DNA of 64,000 nt from an uncultured Anaerolineaceae bacterium (GCA_964427285.1 CAYRTS010000002.1:8269-72268); one strand, 5' to 3'. Positions 1 to 11,047 are shown, counted from the first letter of the stretch. The notes: a model not told the origin generated them from the sequence alone. Translations and numbers: made by a program.

Positions 1-1
1 C

Positions 2-67
2 GAGATCCGCGACGCCCGCGTTCCGGCGCGAGTGGTCGCCCTGCCGTTCTATCGGAGGCCAGCCTGA
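2..67 (+). CDS. gcvT: aminomethyltransferase (glycine cleavage T protein), C-terminal fragment; the gene starts upstream of the window
   Basis: Frame 2 reads ...EIRDARVPARVVALPFYRRPA*, a typical GcvT C-terminus. The TGA at 65-67 lies 4 nt before gcvH, so the operon context is gcvT-H-PA-PB. Confidence 0.55.
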   Translation, partial: EIRDARVPARVVALPFYRRPA

Positions 68-71
68 CCCG

Positions 72-452
72 ATGGTGCCGACCAACCTGCGCTACACGAA
101 CGATCACGAGTGGGTCCGCGTCGAAGGCGACGTGGCCACCGTGGGGATCACCGCCTACGCGGCCGACCAGCTCGGTGACATCGTGTTCGTCGAGCTACCC
201 GACGTCGGGCGTACCCTCGCCCAGGCGGGCGCCTTCGGGGTGGTCGAATCGGTCAAGGCCGTCAGCGACCTGTTCGCCCCGGTCGGCGGCGAGGTGATCG
301 AGACGAATGGGGCACTGACCGTCAGCCCGGAGCTCGTGAATTCGTCGCCCTATGACGACGGCTGGATGCTGCGCATTCGCATGGCCAACCTCGCCGACCT
401 CGAGGGCCTGCTGGACCCGGCGACCTACGACGCCCTGATCGCGGCGGGCTGA
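72..452 (+). CDS. gcvH: glycine cleavage system H protein (lipoyl carrier)
   Basis: The 126 aa ORF has GcvH-like sequence with a lipoyl-lysine region (VESVKAVSDLFAP). It sits directly upstream of the gcvP subunits. Confidence 0.9.
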   Translation: MVPTNLRYTNDHEWVRVEGDVATVGITAYAADQLGDIVFVELPDVGRTLAQAGAFGVVESVKAVSDLFAPVGGEVIETNGALTVSPELVNSSPYDDGWMLRIRMANLADLEGLLDPATYDALIAAG

Positions 453-461
453 CTTCCCCCG

Positions 462-1889
462 ATGCCCTACGGTCCTCACACCGCGTCCGATCGGGCGCGC
501 ATGCTCGCCGCGCTCGGCCTGACCAGCGTTGATCAGTTGTTCGAGGACATTCCGGCGGAGATGCGGGCATCGACCCTCAACCTCCCGGAACCGGAACCCG
601 AGCTGGAGCTGGCCGCCCGGCTGAGCGACCTGGCCGCCCGCAACCGGGGGGACCTCACTTCCTTCCTGGGGGCCGGCGTCTACCGCCACTGGAGTCCGCC
701 CGCGGTCGACCAGATCCTGCTCCGCGGCGAGTGGTACACGGCATACACGCCGTATCAGCCAGAGATCAGCCAGGGGACCCTCCAGAGCATCTACGAGTAC
801 GAGTCGCTGATCGCGGAGCTGGTGTCACTCGACGTGGTCTCCGCGTCGCATTACGACGGCGCCGCGGCAACGGCCGAGGCCGCGCTGATGACCTGCCGGG
901 CGACTCGGCGTGATCGGGTCCTCGTCTCGCGCGCCGTCCATCCCCACTATCGTGAAACCCTGCGGACGTACTTCAGTGCCGGGCTGGAGGTCGACGAGAT
1001 CCCCCTGGTCAGCGATGGAGACGCTGCGGGCACCACGGATCTGGCGGCCCTGGAGCGGCTGCTCGCCGACCGCGATCGGCCGGTGGCCGGGGTCCTTGCC
1101 GCGCAGCCGAACTTCCTCGGCCTGCTGGAACCCATGCGCGCGATCGGGGAGCTCGCGCACCAGGCCGGGGCGCTGTTTGTCTCGGTCGTGGAGCCGGTGT
1201 CGCTGGCCGTGCTGGCACCTCCGGGCGCATACGAGGCGGACATCGCCGCCGGCGAGGGCCAGCCGCTGGGGATCGCGCCGCAGTACGGCGGTCCCTACCT
1301 CGGAATCCTCGCCTGCACCGATTCGCTCATTCGCCAGATCCCCGGGCGACTGGTGGGTATGACCACGGATCTTGACGGCCAGCGTGCCTTCGTGATGACC
1401 ATGCGAGCCCGCGAGCAGGACATCCGGCGCGACAAGGCGGCCAGCAACATCTGTACCAACCAGGCGCTCCTTGCCCTGGCAGCCTCGGTCTACCTGGCGA
1501 CGATCGGGCCGCACGGTCTTCGTGATGTGGCCGCGCTCGGGGCGGCGCGGGCGGCCGAACTGGAGGCCGCCTTGGCCGGCATCGGTGCGCCGCGGATCCA
1601 CGCCGGGCCATACCTCAATGAGTTCGCCGTCCGGGTTCCGGGAGCGCGCGCCGTCCACCGACGGTTGCTCGATCGGGGCGTGCTGGCGGGGCTCGTCCTG
1701 TCCGAGGTCGAACCGGGCGACCCGAGCCTGGCCGACGCGCTGCTCGTGTGCGCCACGGAGGTCACGACCACGGCCGAGATCGCCCGTTTCGCCGCGGCGC
1801 TCGGGGAGATTCTCGATGGCCGACCGCCCAGCGGGGTGGAGGCGGGAGCGGGAGCCGATCGCCGATCCGTCATGGGCGGTGTGCGATGA
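462..1889 (+). CDS. gcvPA: glycine dehydrogenase (decarboxylating) subunit 1
   Basis: The 475 aa ORF shows GcvPA-like similarity across the N-terminal half of P-protein. The stop overlaps the gcvPB start (ATGA at 1886-1889). Confidence 0.9.
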   Translation: MPYGPHTASDRARMLAALGLTSVDQLFEDIPAEMRASTLNLPEPEPELELAARLSDLAARNRGDLTSFLGAGVYRHWSPPAVDQILLRGEWYTAYTPYQPEISQGTLQSIYEYESLIAELVSLDVVSASHYDGAAATAEAALMTCRATRRDRVLVSRAVHPHYRETLRTYFSAGLEVDEIPLVSDGDAAGTTDLAALERLLADRDRPVAGVLAAQPNFLGLLEPMRAIGELAHQAGALFVSVVEPVSLAVLAPPGAYEADIAAGEGQPLGIAPQYGGPYLGILACTDSLIRQIPGRLVGMTTDLDGQRAFVMTMRAREQDIRRDKAASNICTNQALLALAASVYLATIGPHGLRDVAALGAARAAELEAALAGIGAPRIHAGPYLNEFAVRVPGARAVHRRLLDRGVLAGLVLSEVEPGDPSLADALLVCATEVTTTAEIARFAAALGEILDGRPPSGVEAGAGADRRSVMGGVR

Positions 1890-3385
1890 GCGTGGTCGGC
1901 GCGAAGCTCCAGCCCACGATCTTCGAGCGAGGGCGGCCTGGCCGCGGTGGCGGAAAGATTCCGCATCCGCCAAAGGACGCGCTGGACCGCATCCCGGCCG
2001 ATGCCCGCCGGGAGGTGCCGCCGGCGTTGCCCGAGATGAACGAGCCCGAGGTGGTGCGCCACTACGTGAACCTGTCGCAGCTCAATTACGCGGTGGATAC
2101 CGGCTTCTATCCGCTGGGCTCGTGCACCATGAAGTTCAACCCCAAGCTCAACGAGTGGGCGGCGCGACTGCCAGGTTTCGCCAACCTCCACCCGCTCACC
2201 CCGGACGAAGCGGCCCAGGGCACGCTCCAGCTGCTCTGGGAGCTGGAGGGGGCGCTGTGCGAGATCAGCGGGATGCGCGCGGTGACGCTCCAGCCCGCCG
2301 CCGGTGCCCAGGGTGAGCTGACCGGGATCCTGATGATCCGGGCCTACCACCGCGCGCGCGGCGAGGCCGAACGGGATGAGGTCCTCGTCCCGGACTCCAG
2401 CCACGGGACCAACCCGGCCACCGCGTCCATGGCCGGCTACCGAACGGTCACCATCCCGTCGGCCGCGGATGGCGGCGTGGATCTGGACGCGTTCCGGGCG
2501 GCCCTGGGGCCACGAACGGCCGCGGTGATGATCACGAACCCGTCCACGCTGGGGCTGTTTGAGGCACGGATCGGGGAGCTGCTTGACGCGGTCCACGCAG
2601 CGGGTGCGCTCGCCTACATGGACGGCGCCAACCTGAACGCGATCCTTGGCCGGTTCAAGCCGGGCGAGGCCGGGTTTGACGTCATGCACTTCAACGTCCA
2701 CAAGACCTTCTCGACCCCGCACGGCGGTGGCGGGCCTGGCGCTGGGCCGGTCGGGGTGGGGGAGGCGCTCATGCCCTACCTGCCGGAGCCGCGGGTGCTG
2801 CGTGGCGATGACGGCGCGTTTCGGCTAGAGCGAATGGGCGAGCGGCCCGACTCGATCGGGCGGATGCGCAGTTTCGTGGGCAACACGGGCGTGCTGGTGC
2901 GCGCGTACACGTATATCCGGGCACACGGCGGCTCCGGGCTGCGCGAGGTCAGCGACGACGCCGTGCTCGCGGCCAACTACCTCAAGCACCGGTTGGCGGG
3001 GACCTACGACATCCCCCATGAGCGTGCGTGCAAGCACGAGTTCGTCGCGTCTGCCGCGACACTCAAGAAGCAGACCGGCGTCCGCACCCTGGATATCGCC
3101 AAGCGGCTGATCGACTACGGCTACCACCCGCCCACGATCTATTTCCCGCTGATCGTCGAGGAGGGGATGCTGATCGAGCCGACCGAGACCGAATCGGTCG
3201 AAACGCTCGACGCCTTTGCGGATGCCCTCATCGCGATCGCCGCGGAGGCGCATGCCACGCCCGAGCTGGTCACCGGCGCCCCGCATAGCGCGCCCGTCCG
3301 ACGGCTTGATGAGGCAACCGCGGCACGCCATCCCAACCTGCGCTGGCGCCCGATGGCCGGCAGTGAGACACCGTTCCCGGACTGA
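1886..3385 (+). CDS. gcvPB: glycine dehydrogenase (decarboxylating) subunit 2 (PLP-binding)
   Basis: An ATG at 1886 lies inside the six-frame ORF 1748..3385. The N-terminus MSVVGAKLQPTIFERG and the SSHGTNPA and HFNVHKTFSTPHGGGGPG regions are typical of GcvPB. Confidence 0.9.
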   Translation: MSVVGAKLQPTIFERGRPGRGGGKIPHPPKDALDRIPADARREVPPALPEMNEPEVVRHYVNLSQLNYAVDTGFYPLGSCTMKFNPKLNEWAARLPGFANLHPLTPDEAAQGTLQLLWELEGALCEISGMRAVTLQPAAGAQGELTGILMIRAYHRARGEAERDEVLVPDSSHGTNPATASMAGYRTVTIPSAADGGVDLDAFRAALGPRTAAVMITNPSTLGLFEARIGELLDAVHAAGALAYMDGANLNAILGRFKPGEAGFDVMHFNVHKTFSTPHGGGGPGAGPVGVGEALMPYLPEPRVLRGDDGAFRLERMGERPDSIGRMRSFVGNTGVLVRAYTYIRAHGGSGLREVSDDAVLAANYLKHRLAGTYDIPHERACKHEFVASAATLKKQTGVRTLDIAKRLIDYGYHPPTIYFPLIVEEGMLIEPTETESVETLDAFADALIAIAAEAHATPELVTGAPHSAPVRRLDEATAARHPNLRWRPMAGSETPFPD

Positions 3386-3601
3386 AGGTTGCAGCTTGGT
3401 GCCACGTTGACAGGCGGCCAGCCACTGTGGATAGTGTGCCCAGCGTATCGACCCGAACCGTGCAGCGCCGCGTCTCGCGTTGAACCAGAGGAGTGGGAGG
3501 CTCGTCTCCGGCTACACGCAGTCGCTCAATGTTACGGCCAGCAGCGGGTCATGATCTAACGGCAGATTCCCCGGGACCTCAACCCAATCGGAGGAGAGTT
3601 C

Positions 3602-5365
3602 ATGCAGAAGCGACTTCTGGCCATCCTGGCCACCATCGCCGTCGTCGCGGCGGCCTGCGGCGGTGCCACTGCCAGCCCCAGCGCGGCGCCGGTCGTCACC
3701 GACTCACCAGCGCCCGGCGCCACGGCGGCGCCCGTGACTCCGGCACCAACGGCGGAATCGAACCTCGCCGACGAGCAGATCCTGCGGGTCGACATCTCTG
3801 GCGATCCGCCGACCCTCGATCCATCGGCCGCACAGGACTCGAACTCGCTGACCGTCCTTCGCGCGCTTCATCGACCCCTTGTCTACATCGACAAGGACCT
3901 CAAGATCGTGCCGTCGCTGGCAGAATCCTGGGAGGTCTCACCGGACGCGCAGACGCTGACGTTCCACCTTCGAGACGCCAAGTACAGCAACGGCGACACG
4001 ATTGTCGCCGGTGACCTCGTCTATAGCTGGAGGCGGCTCGTCGACCCGCGGACCGCAGCCCCGTACTCCTACGTCATGGCCGAAGTGGTTGGTGGCAACG
4101 AGCTCCTGGCCATGGCCGGCGCGGATCCCGCCCCGAGCGATGCGGATATCGACGCGGCGCTTGACGCCTTCGGTGTCGCGGCCCCGGATGACAAGACGTT
4201 CGTCGTGACCCTGTCCACGCCGGCGACCTACTTCCTGAGCGCCATGACCCTGTGGGTCACTGTGCCGATCCAGGAAAAGTGGATCACCAGCGAGGGAGCA
4301 ACCGAGGCTGCCAACTACGTCAGCTCGGGCCCGTACATCCTTGACACCTGGGATCACAACAGCGTGATCATCCTGAAGCCGAATCCGAACTGGTACGGCG
4401 AGGTCAAGTCAACGCTGACCGAGATCCATATGTCCATGTCGCCCGAGCCGGCGCAGGCTCAGGCCGCCTACGAGGCTGGCGAAATCGACATGTTCATGCC
4501 GGTCCCCACGGAGGACGTTCAGCGAGTCAAGGACGATCCGGTTCTTGGTGCCGAGTACCAGGAGCAATCCCAGCTCGCCATCACCTACTACAACTACAAC
4601 ACCTTCCAGGACCCGGAGAAGGCGCGCTTCGCCACCCCCGGCCCGACGAAGAACCTGAACTTCCGGATCGCGTTGACCGAGGCGATCGACAAGCAGGCGT
4701 TCAACCTGGCCACCTTCGCGGGGCTTGGCGTGATCGCCAACAGCTTCGTGATGCCCGGCATCCCGGGCTACGACGAGACCATTGACCCGTATCCCTTCAA
4801 TCTCGACTCAGCGAAGGCGCACATGGCCACCGCCCTGCAGGAGCTGGGTGTCGGCAGCGCCGCGGAGCTCGGTGCGTTGAAGTTCGGTTTCAACTCAGGG
4901 TCTGGGCACGAGCCCAGGGTCGCCTTCCTCGCCGAGGCCTGGCGCCAGGCGTTCGGCCTGGAGACCGAGCAGATCGGCAGCGACTTCAGCGTCTTCCTCA
5001 CCCAGCGGACGGCTGGTGAGTACGATATCTCCCGCAACGGCTGGGGTGCCGACTACCCGCATGCGAACAACCAGCTGGCCGGCCTGTTCACCTGCGGCGG
5101 CGGCAACAACGACCAGTCGTGGTGCAACGCCGCATTCGACGCACTCCTGGTTCAGGCAGCGGCCGAGCCCGACCAGGCCGTGCAGGAGGATCTGTACAAG
5201 CAGGCCCAGAAGATCATGATGGAGGATGCGCCGTTCCTCCCGCTGCGATATGCGGTGACCCCGATCGAGATCAAGCCGTACGTCGGCGGCCTGATCCTCA
5301 CGCCGATGGACTCTCAGGTTCCTGGCGAGCATTTCTACGAGACGATCCAGATCCTGAAGCACTAG
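3602..5365 (+). CDS. ABC transporter substrate-binding lipoprotein, family 5 (peptide/nickel, DppA/OppA-like)
   Basis: The 587 aa ORF has a lipoprotein signal (MQKRLLAILATIAVVAAACGG) followed by a low-complexity Ala/Pro linker and then an SBP_bac_5-like body. It is followed by two permease and two ATPase genes. Confidence 0.85.
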   Translation: MQKRLLAILATIAVVAAACGGATASPSAAPVVTDSPAPGATAAPVTPAPTAESNLADEQILRVDISGDPPTLDPSAAQDSNSLTVLRALHRPLVYIDKDLKIVPSLAESWEVSPDAQTLTFHLRDAKYSNGDTIVAGDLVYSWRRLVDPRTAAPYSYVMAEVVGGNELLAMAGADPAPSDADIDAALDAFGVAAPDDKTFVVTLSTPATYFLSAMTLWVTVPIQEKWITSEGATEAANYVSSGPYILDTWDHNSVIILKPNPNWYGEVKSTLTEIHMSMSPEPAQAQAAYEAGEIDMFMPVPTEDVQRVKDDPVLGAEYQEQSQLAITYYNYNTFQDPEKARFATPGPTKNLNFRIALTEAIDKQAFNLATFAGLGVIANSFVMPGIPGYDETIDPYPFNLDSAKAHMATALQELGVGSAAELGALKFGFNSGSGHEPRVAFLAEAWRQAFGLETEQIGSDFSVFLTQRTAGEYDISRNGWGADYPHANNQLAGLFTCGGGNNDQSWCNAAFDALLVQAAAEPDQAVQEDLYKQAQKIMMEDAPFLPLRYAVTPIEIKPYVGGLILTPMDSQVPGEHFYETIQILKH

Positions 5366-5454
5366 TCGCCCAGGGCGACCAGGTCAGTGGGCCGGCCAAA
5401 GGGCCGGCCCACTGACCATCTCACCCCTCCGCCTGTACCGAGGAGGCGACGACC

Positions 5455-6372
5455 GTGATCACCTATCTTGCCCGGCGCATCCTGTGGATCATCCCGGTAC
5501 TGTTCACGGTCTCCATCCTCACGTTCGTCCTCATGCATGCGGTCCCCGGTGGACCGTGGGACCGTGAAAAGGCGCTGCCAGAAGCGGTCCAGGCGCGTCT
5601 CAACGCCCAGTACGGGCTGGACAAGCCGATCTACGAGCAGTACATCCAGTGGGCCGGCGGGTTCATCCAGGGCGACCTTGGACCCTCCTATCGGTTCAAG
5701 GACCGGTCGGTCAATGAGATCGTTGCCGATGGCCTTCCGACCACCATCCAACTCGGCGTCATGGCCTTCCTCCTGTCCGTTCTGGTCGGGATCCCGCTGG
5801 GAATCGTTGGGGCGCTCGGTCACAACCGCTGGCCGGACTACCTGTCCACGAGCATCTCGATTGTCGGTATCTCCACGCCCAGCTTCGTGCTGGCGATCCT
5901 GCTGGTCGTCTTGTTCAGTGTGCAGCTGGGCGTGTTGCCGACCAGCGGTTGGAAGGGCCCGACCTACTGGATCCTGCCCACCGTCGCCCTGGCCGGCTTC
6001 CCGATCGCGGTGATCGCCCGGTACACCCGTGCCTCCATGCTCGAGGTCACCCGCAAGGACTACATCCGCACGGCCATGAGCAAGGGCCTGCGCGATGGAT
6101 CCGTGGTCACCCGTCACATGATCCGCAACGCACTCATCCCGGTGGTGACGATCCTTGGCCCCACCCTTGCCTTCCTGGTCACCGGCTCGTTCATCATCGA
6201 GCGAATCTTCAGCGTCCCGGGTGTCGGCCAGTTCTACGTCACGGCGATCTCGACGCGCGACTACAGCCTGCTGATGGCGATGACGATGCTCTATGCCTTC
6301 GCGGTCGCCTTCCTCAATGTCGTGGTCGATGTCCTGTACGCCTACATCGACCCCCGGATCCGGTACAGCTAG
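5455..6372 (+). CDS. ABC transporter permease (DppB/OppB-like)
   Basis: The 305 aa ORF has multiple TM helices. It has DppB-like N-terminal sequence and the conserved permease region with the EAA-type loop. Confidence 0.85.
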   Translation: MITYLARRILWIIPVLFTVSILTFVLMHAVPGGPWDREKALPEAVQARLNAQYGLDKPIYEQYIQWAGGFIQGDLGPSYRFKDRSVNEIVADGLPTTIQLGVMAFLLSVLVGIPLGIVGALGHNRWPDYLSTSISIVGISTPSFVLAILLVVLFSVQLGVLPTSGWKGPTYWILPTVALAGFPIAVIARYTRASMLEVTRKDYIRTAMSKGLRDGSVVTRHMIRNALIPVVTILGPTLAFLVTGSFIIERIFSVPGVGQFYVTAISTRDYSLLMAMTMLYAFAVAFLNVVVDVLYAYIDPRIRYS

Positions 6373-6383
6373 GAGTCCCGCAG

Positions 6384-7328
6384 ATGGCCACCAACGCCGC
6401 GGTCCAGGGACGAGGCGCCGTCCGGCCCCGTCAGAGTGCTGGTCTGTGGGGCGATGCCTTTGGCCGGCTGCTCAAGAACCGGCTGGCGATCGTCGGCCTG
6501 GTCCTGGTGACGCTGCTGCTGCTGGCCGGGATCTTCGGGCCGATCGTCGCGCCCTGGCCATACCAGGTCCAGGATCTCCAAGCCGTCTTCGCGAACGGCA
6601 ACCGGCCGTTGCCGCCGCTGTCGCCCAACCATCTGCTCGGGACCGACAACCTCGGCCGGGACCTGTTCAGTCGGCTTCTGGACGGTGCCCGGATCAGCGT
6701 GTCGGTGGCATTTGTCGTCCAGATCGTGATTCTCGTCATCGGCGTTCCGATCGGCGCAATGGCCGGTTGGTTCGGCGGGCGGCTGGACAACGCGCTCATG
6801 CGGCTGACTGACGTGATCTATGCTTTTCCGGACCTGCTCTTCATCATCCTGCTGTCGGTCGCCTTCCGCGAGACCTTCTTCGGCCAGGCCCTCGACGGCC
6901 TGCTACTGGTCTTCGTGGCCATCGGACTTACTTCCTGGGTGACGGTCGCCCGTCTCGTCCGTGGACAGCTCCTGTCGCTCAAGGAGACGGAGTTCGTCGA
7001 AGCGGCCAAGGCGATCGGCGTGTCCGATCGGCGGATCGTGACGCGACATCTGCTGCCCAACGGGATCGGGCCGGTCATCGTCGCCGTCACGCTGGGCATT
7101 CCGGGAGCGATACTGGCTGAGGCGACGCTGGCCTACATCGGGATCGGCGTCCAGCCGCCACGCGCGTCATGGGGCAGCCTGATCGCGGAGGGCCAGAAGT
7201 ACGTCCGGTCCGAGCCGCACCTCGTGGTCTTCCCGGCGATCTTCATTGCACTCGCGCTAATCGGGTTCACGTTCCTCGGTGATGGTCTGCGCGACGCCCT
7301 TGATCCCAAGCTGAAGGGCAAGCAATAG
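6384..7328 (+). CDS. ABC transporter permease (DppC/OppC-like)
   Basis: The ATG at 6384 (MATNAAVQG...) lies within the longer frame 5949..7328. The upstream part of that frame overlaps the previous gene and looks non-coding. The C-terminal DppC-like TM core is clear. Confidence 0.85.
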   Translation: MATNAAVQGRGAVRPRQSAGLWGDAFGRLLKNRLAIVGLVLVTLLLLAGIFGPIVAPWPYQVQDLQAVFANGNRPLPPLSPNHLLGTDNLGRDLFSRLLDGARISVSVAFVVQIVILVIGVPIGAMAGWFGGRLDNALMRLTDVIYAFPDLLFIILLSVAFRETFFGQALDGLLLVFVAIGLTSWVTVARLVRGQLLSLKETEFVEAAKAIGVSDRRIVTRHLLPNGIGPVIVAVTLGIPGAILAEATLAYIGIGVQPPRASWGSLIAEGQKYVRSEPHLVVFPAIFIALALIGFTFLGDGLRDALDPKLKGKQ

Positions 7329-7331
7329 CCG

Positions 7332-8435
7332 ATGCAAGTCGACGAAGCGGGGACCGGCTCGGATATGCCCACGATCATCGAATTGTCTTCGGAGGAGGCC
7401 CGGCGGGTCGACGGAGCGGGATCGCCAGGCGCGGGGCCACACAAGGCGAGCAAGCTCCTCCAGGTCCGGGGCCTGTCGACGCATTTCTTCACGCCAGATG
7501 GGGTCGTTCAGGCCGTCGATGACGTCAGCTTCGATGTCGACTACGGCGAGACGCTCGGCCTGGTCGGGGAGTCCGGCTGCGGCAAGAGCGTGACGGCCTT
7601 ATCGGTCGCCAGACTGGTCCCGAGCCCGCCGGGCCGGATCGTCGCCGGCGAGATCCTGTTTGACGGGATCAATCTGCTCAAACTGAACGACGATGAGATG
7701 CGCAAGATCCGGGGAAAGGAGATCGGGTTTATCTTCCAGGATCCGTTGACGAGCCTCAACCCAACACTGACGATCGGCTATCAGATCGCCGAGCCGATCC
7801 GCGAGCATTTGCGTCTGTCGCAAAGCGCGGCCGATGACCGCGTTGTGGAGCTCCTCGGCAAGGTGGGGATCCCGAGGGCTCGCGAGCGGCTGGCGGACTA
7901 TCCGTTCCAGTTCTCCGGCGGGATGCGCCAGCGGGTGATGATCGCAATCGCCCTGTCATGCGATCCCAAACTGATCCTGGCCGACGAGCCGACGACCGCC
8001 CTGGATGTGACGATCCAGGCCCAGATCCTCGAGCTGATCCAGACCCTCTCGGACGAGTTCCACACGGCGGTGCTGATGATCACCCACGATCTGGGGATTG
8101 CTGCCGGGATGTGCGACCGGGTCAATGTCATGTATGCAGGGCGGATCGTCGAGACCGGAACGGTGGACGAACTGTTTGAGGGGCCAAGGATGCCGTACGC
8201 TTGGGGCCTGCTCGACTCGCTCCCGCGGATCGACGACATCCGCGGGGACCGGCTGCGGACCATCGAGGGGCTGCCGCCGCTCCTGATCGCGCCGCCCGAC
8301 GCGTGCCGATTCGCGCCACGCTGCAACTTTGCGCGAGACGTGTGCAGAGCCAGTGAACCGGCCCTGACCAGACACGGCTCAGAGGGCCATCTGGCCCGCT
8401 GCTGGGCGACCGAGGCCGGAGGGTGGATCAGTTGA
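7332..8435 (+). CDS. ABC transporter ATP-binding protein (DppD/OppD-like)
   Basis: The protein has Walker A GESGCGKS, the signature FSGGMRQR, Walker [12 protein letters not shown], and a C-terminal oligopeptide-transporter extension with Cys residues. Confidence 0.85.
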   Translation: MQVDEAGTGSDMPTIIELSSEEARRVDGAGSPGAGPHKASKLLQVRGLSTHFFTPDGVVQAVDDVSFDVDYGETLGLVGESGCGKSVTALSVARLVPSPPGRIVAGEILFDGINLLKLNDDEMRKIRGKEIGFIFQDPLTSLNPTLTIGYQIAEPIREHLRLSQSAADDRVVELLGKVGIPRARERLADYPFQFSGGMRQRVMIAIALSCDPKLILADEPTTALDVTIQAQILELIQTLSDEFHTAVLMITHDLGIAAGMCDRVNVMYAGRIVETGTVDELFEGPRMPYAWGLLDSLPRIDDIRGDRLRTIEGLPPLLIAPPDACRFAPRCNFARDVCRASEPALTRHGSEGHLARCWATEAGGWIS

Positions 8436-9610
8436 CCGCCGCCGACAGCCCCAACACCTTGCGCCCGCACGTCGACGCCAAGCTCGTTGAGGTCGACGAC
8501 CTCAAGGTCCATTTTCCGATCCGCTCGGGCATTTTCAAGACAGTCAAGGGGTCGGTCAAGGCGGTCGACGGTGTCACCTTCGAGGTCCGCCGGGGCGAAA
8601 CATTGGGCCTGGTCGGCGAGTCCGGCTGTGGCAAGAGCACCATCGGACGGGCCATGATTCGGTTGCGCGAGCCGACCAGCGGATCCGTCCGCTTCGACGG
8701 GACCGATCTGGCCAAGCTCGATTCGGGCGCACTGCGCCGAATGCGCCGGAGGATGCAGATCATCTTCCAGGATCCCTACGGATCGCTCGACCCGCGGATG
8801 ACCGTCGGATCGATCGTCAGCGAGCCGATCGAAACCCACCACCTGGCCGAGGGCGCAGCGAAGAAGGAACGGGTGGCGGAGCTGCTGCGCATGGTCGGGC
8901 TCGATCCCGACTACGTGCGGCGGTACCCGCACGAATTCTCCGGCGGGCAACGACAGCGGATCGGTGTCGCGCGCGCACTGGCGGTTGAGCCCGAGTTCAT
9001 CGTCTGCGACGAGCCGATCTCGGCCCTCGACGTGTCGATCCAGGCGCAGGTACTCAACCTGCTGACGGACCTGCGGACGAGCCTGGGACTGACCTACCTG
9101 TTCATCGCCCACGACCTATCGGTGGTCAAGCACATCAGCGACCGGGTTGCCGTGATGTATCTCGGCAAGGTCGTCGAGATCGGTCCACCGGACCAGCTGT
9201 ATGCGGCGCCCGGCCACCCCTACACACGGGCGCTGCTTTCGGCGGTCCCGGTTCCGGATCCCGTGTCGGAACGGAAGCGCAAGCGCGTCATCCTCAAAGG
9301 GGATGTCCCAAGCCCGGTCAATCCGCCGCCCGGCTGCCGGTTCCATACTCGATGCTGGCTGTATGAGCGGTTGGGCCAGCCCGAGAATTGCCGGACGATC
9401 GATCCGCCGTTGGAAGTGCTGAACGGCGAGCATCGTGCGGCCTGCCACTACGCCCACGAAGCGCTCAAGACCGACGTGGGGATCGCGCATCTTGGCGAGA
9501 CGCTGGTTCGCCGCGGCACCCCGGATTCGGCCCTGGCGCTGCTCGCGGCCGGCAAGGCGGACGCGTCGGCCGCCGCACTGAACGCCGGGCCGCCGCCGCA
9601 CCGAATGTAG
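8423..9610 (+). CDS. ABC transporter ATP-binding protein (DppF/OppF-like)
   Basis: A GTG start overlaps the previous gene. The protein has Walker [10 protein letters not shown], the signature [15 protein letters not shown], and Walker [11 protein letters not shown]. Confidence 0.85.
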   Translation: MDQLTAADSPNTLRPHVDAKLVEVDDLKVHFPIRSGIFKTVKGSVKAVDGVTFEVRRGETLGLVGESGCGKSTIGRAMIRLREPTSGSVRFDGTDLAKLDSGALRRMRRRMQIIFQDPYGSLDPRMTVGSIVSEPIETHHLAEGAAKKERVAELLRMVGLDPDYVRRYPHEFSGGQRQRIGVARALAVEPEFIVCDEPISALDVSIQAQVLNLLTDLRTSLGLTYLFIAHDLSVVKHISDRVAVMYLGKVVEIGPPDQLYAAPGHPYTRALLSAVPVPDPVSERKRKRVILKGDVPSPVNPPPGCRFHTRCWLYERLGQPENCRTIDPPLEVLNGEHRAACHYAHEALKTDVGIAHLGETLVRRGTPDSALALLAAGKADASAAALNAGPPPHRM

Positions 9611-9779
9611 GGGCTGGGTCGCCGGCGGAACGCTGGCTGTAGTTCACGGCGACGTCGTTGACGCCGCCGGATGTTCGGCGACCTCCGCATAACCTCGCCG
9701 TGAGACTGGTACGGAGTGAGACTCGGGCCCACACGGCCAAAACCTGCCGGTGCGGGCTGGAATCGGGACCTGCCTGAGC

Positions 9780-9822
9780 GTGGAGCTGGGGCCGCGAGTC
9801 GAACCAGCGGCCCCAGCTCCAC
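9780..9822. terminator. perfect 16-bp GC-rich hairpin in a convergent intergenic region (candidate bidirectional terminator)
   Basis: GTGGAGCTGGGGCCGC-gagtcgaacca-GCGGCCCCAGCTCCAC lies between the 3' ends of the two convergent ABC operons. There is no flanking U-tract. Confidence 0.5.
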
Positions 9823-10039
9823 CGTAGTAGTCCGTGGGTGCGGTTATGGCGTGGGCCGCCGACCGCACTCACAAGTAACTCATTCGGGAATCACGCCTGG
9901 GGCGGTCCGGAGTGATGCAGCCGCCGAGACCGATGCTGACGCGATCGGCAAGCCTGCAAACATATTCACCACGGGGCAATCGCCGCCGGTCGGCTGTAAC
10001 GGGGCGCCCCGTCCTGCGTCGGGCCACGCCGTCGCCCGC

Positions 10040-11047
10040 TCAGACGGTCGCGCCACCTGGCTGGCGGAAGTGGCAGGCGCATTCGTGACCACCGCCGAGG
10101 TCGATCAGCGGAGGGGTGACCTCCGCACACACGGCGGGTCCGCCCATGTCGGCGCGAAGCGGACAGCGTGGGTGGAAGCGACAGCCCGACGGCGGATTGA
10201 CGGGGCTCGGTACGTCACCCTTGAGGATGACCCGGCGGCGGCGCAACTCTGGGTCGGGGATCGGGATGGCCGACATCAGCGCCTGGGTGTACGGGTGCTC
10301 TTGATGCTCGAACAGCTCGCGCCGATCGGCCAGCTCGGCGATGCGACCCAGGTACATCACCGCGACCCGGTCGCTGATGTGCTCCACCACGCCCATGTTG
10401 TGGGCGACAAACACATAGGTCAGGCGGAGTTCGCGCTGGAGCTGCTTGAGCAGGTTCAGGACCTGCGCCTGGATCGAGACGTCCAGGGCCGACACGGGCT
10501 CGTCGCAGACCACCAGGTCCGGTTCCAGGACCAGCGCCCGGGCGATCCCGATCCGCTGCCGCTGGCCTCCGGAGAACTCGTGGGGGTAGCGTCGCGCGAG
10601 ATAGGGCTGGAGGCCGACCAGGTCCATCATCTTCCGGACCTTCTCGCGCCGCTCCGCGCTGGTGCCCAGCCCGTGGATCCGCAGCCCCTCCCCGATGCTG
10701 TCGCCGATCGCCGTGCGCGGGTCAAGGCTTGCGTACGGGTCCTGGAAGATGATCTGCATGCGCCGGCGGTACGGCCGCAGGGCCGCGCCCTTGAGCGCAG
10801 TCAGCTCCACGCCGTCGAACCGGATGGAGCCCGATGTCGGCTCGATCAGGCGCAGAAGCAGACGCCCGATGGTGGTCTTGCCGCACCCGGATTCACCGAC
10901 CAATCCAAGCGTCTCGCCACGCTGGACCTCGAACGACACCCCGTCGACCGCCTGCACCCAGCCGACGGTCCGTTGCAGGATCCCGCCGCGCACAGGGAAG
11001 TGCTTGACGAGGTCCCGGACCTGGACCAGGGGTGCGGCGTCTGTCAT
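10040..11047 (-). CDS. ABC transporter ATP-binding protein (OppF/DppF-like)
   Basis: The protein has Walker [10 protein letters not shown], the signature [15 protein letters not shown], and Walker [11 protein letters not shown]. The start is chosen at [10 protein letters not shown] (coordinate 11047), so the ATG overlaps the upstream ATPase stop at 11044. Confidence 0.8.
   Translation of the reverse strand: MTDAAPLVQVRDLVKHFPVRGGILQRTVGWVQAVDGVSFEVQRGETLGLVGESGCGKTTIGRLLLRLIEPTSGSIRFDGVELTALKGAALRPYRRRMQIIFQDPYASLDPRTAIGDSIGEGLRIHGLGTSAERREKVRKMMDLVGLQPYLARRYPHEFSGGQRQRIGIARALVLEPDLVVCDEPVSALDVSIQAQVLNLLKQLQRELRLTYVFVAHNMGVVEHISDRVAVMYLGRIAELADRRELFEHQEHPYTQALMSAIPIPDPELRRRRVILKGDVPSPVNPPSGCRFHPRCPLRADMGGPAVCAEVTPPLIDLGGGHECACHFRQPGGATV

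Noticed and set aside
825-2722. Long antisense ORFs (825..1973 -, 1490..2722 -) opposite gcvPA/gcvPB
   Set aside because: These are Arg/Pro/Gly-rich translations with no recognisable domains. They are typical high-GC shadow ORFs opposite well-supported genes.
5949-6383. N-terminal 145-aa extension of the second permease (ORF 5949..7328)
   Set aside because: The extension overlaps the preceding permease gene in another frame and is Pro/Arg-rich. The ATG at 6384 gives a normal DppC-like N-terminus.
9780-9822. Possible tRNA or tRNA fragment (GGTTCGA-containing loop)
   Set aside because: It is only a single 16-bp hairpin. There is no acceptor stem, D-arm or anticodon arm, and the stem is far longer than a 5-bp T-stem.
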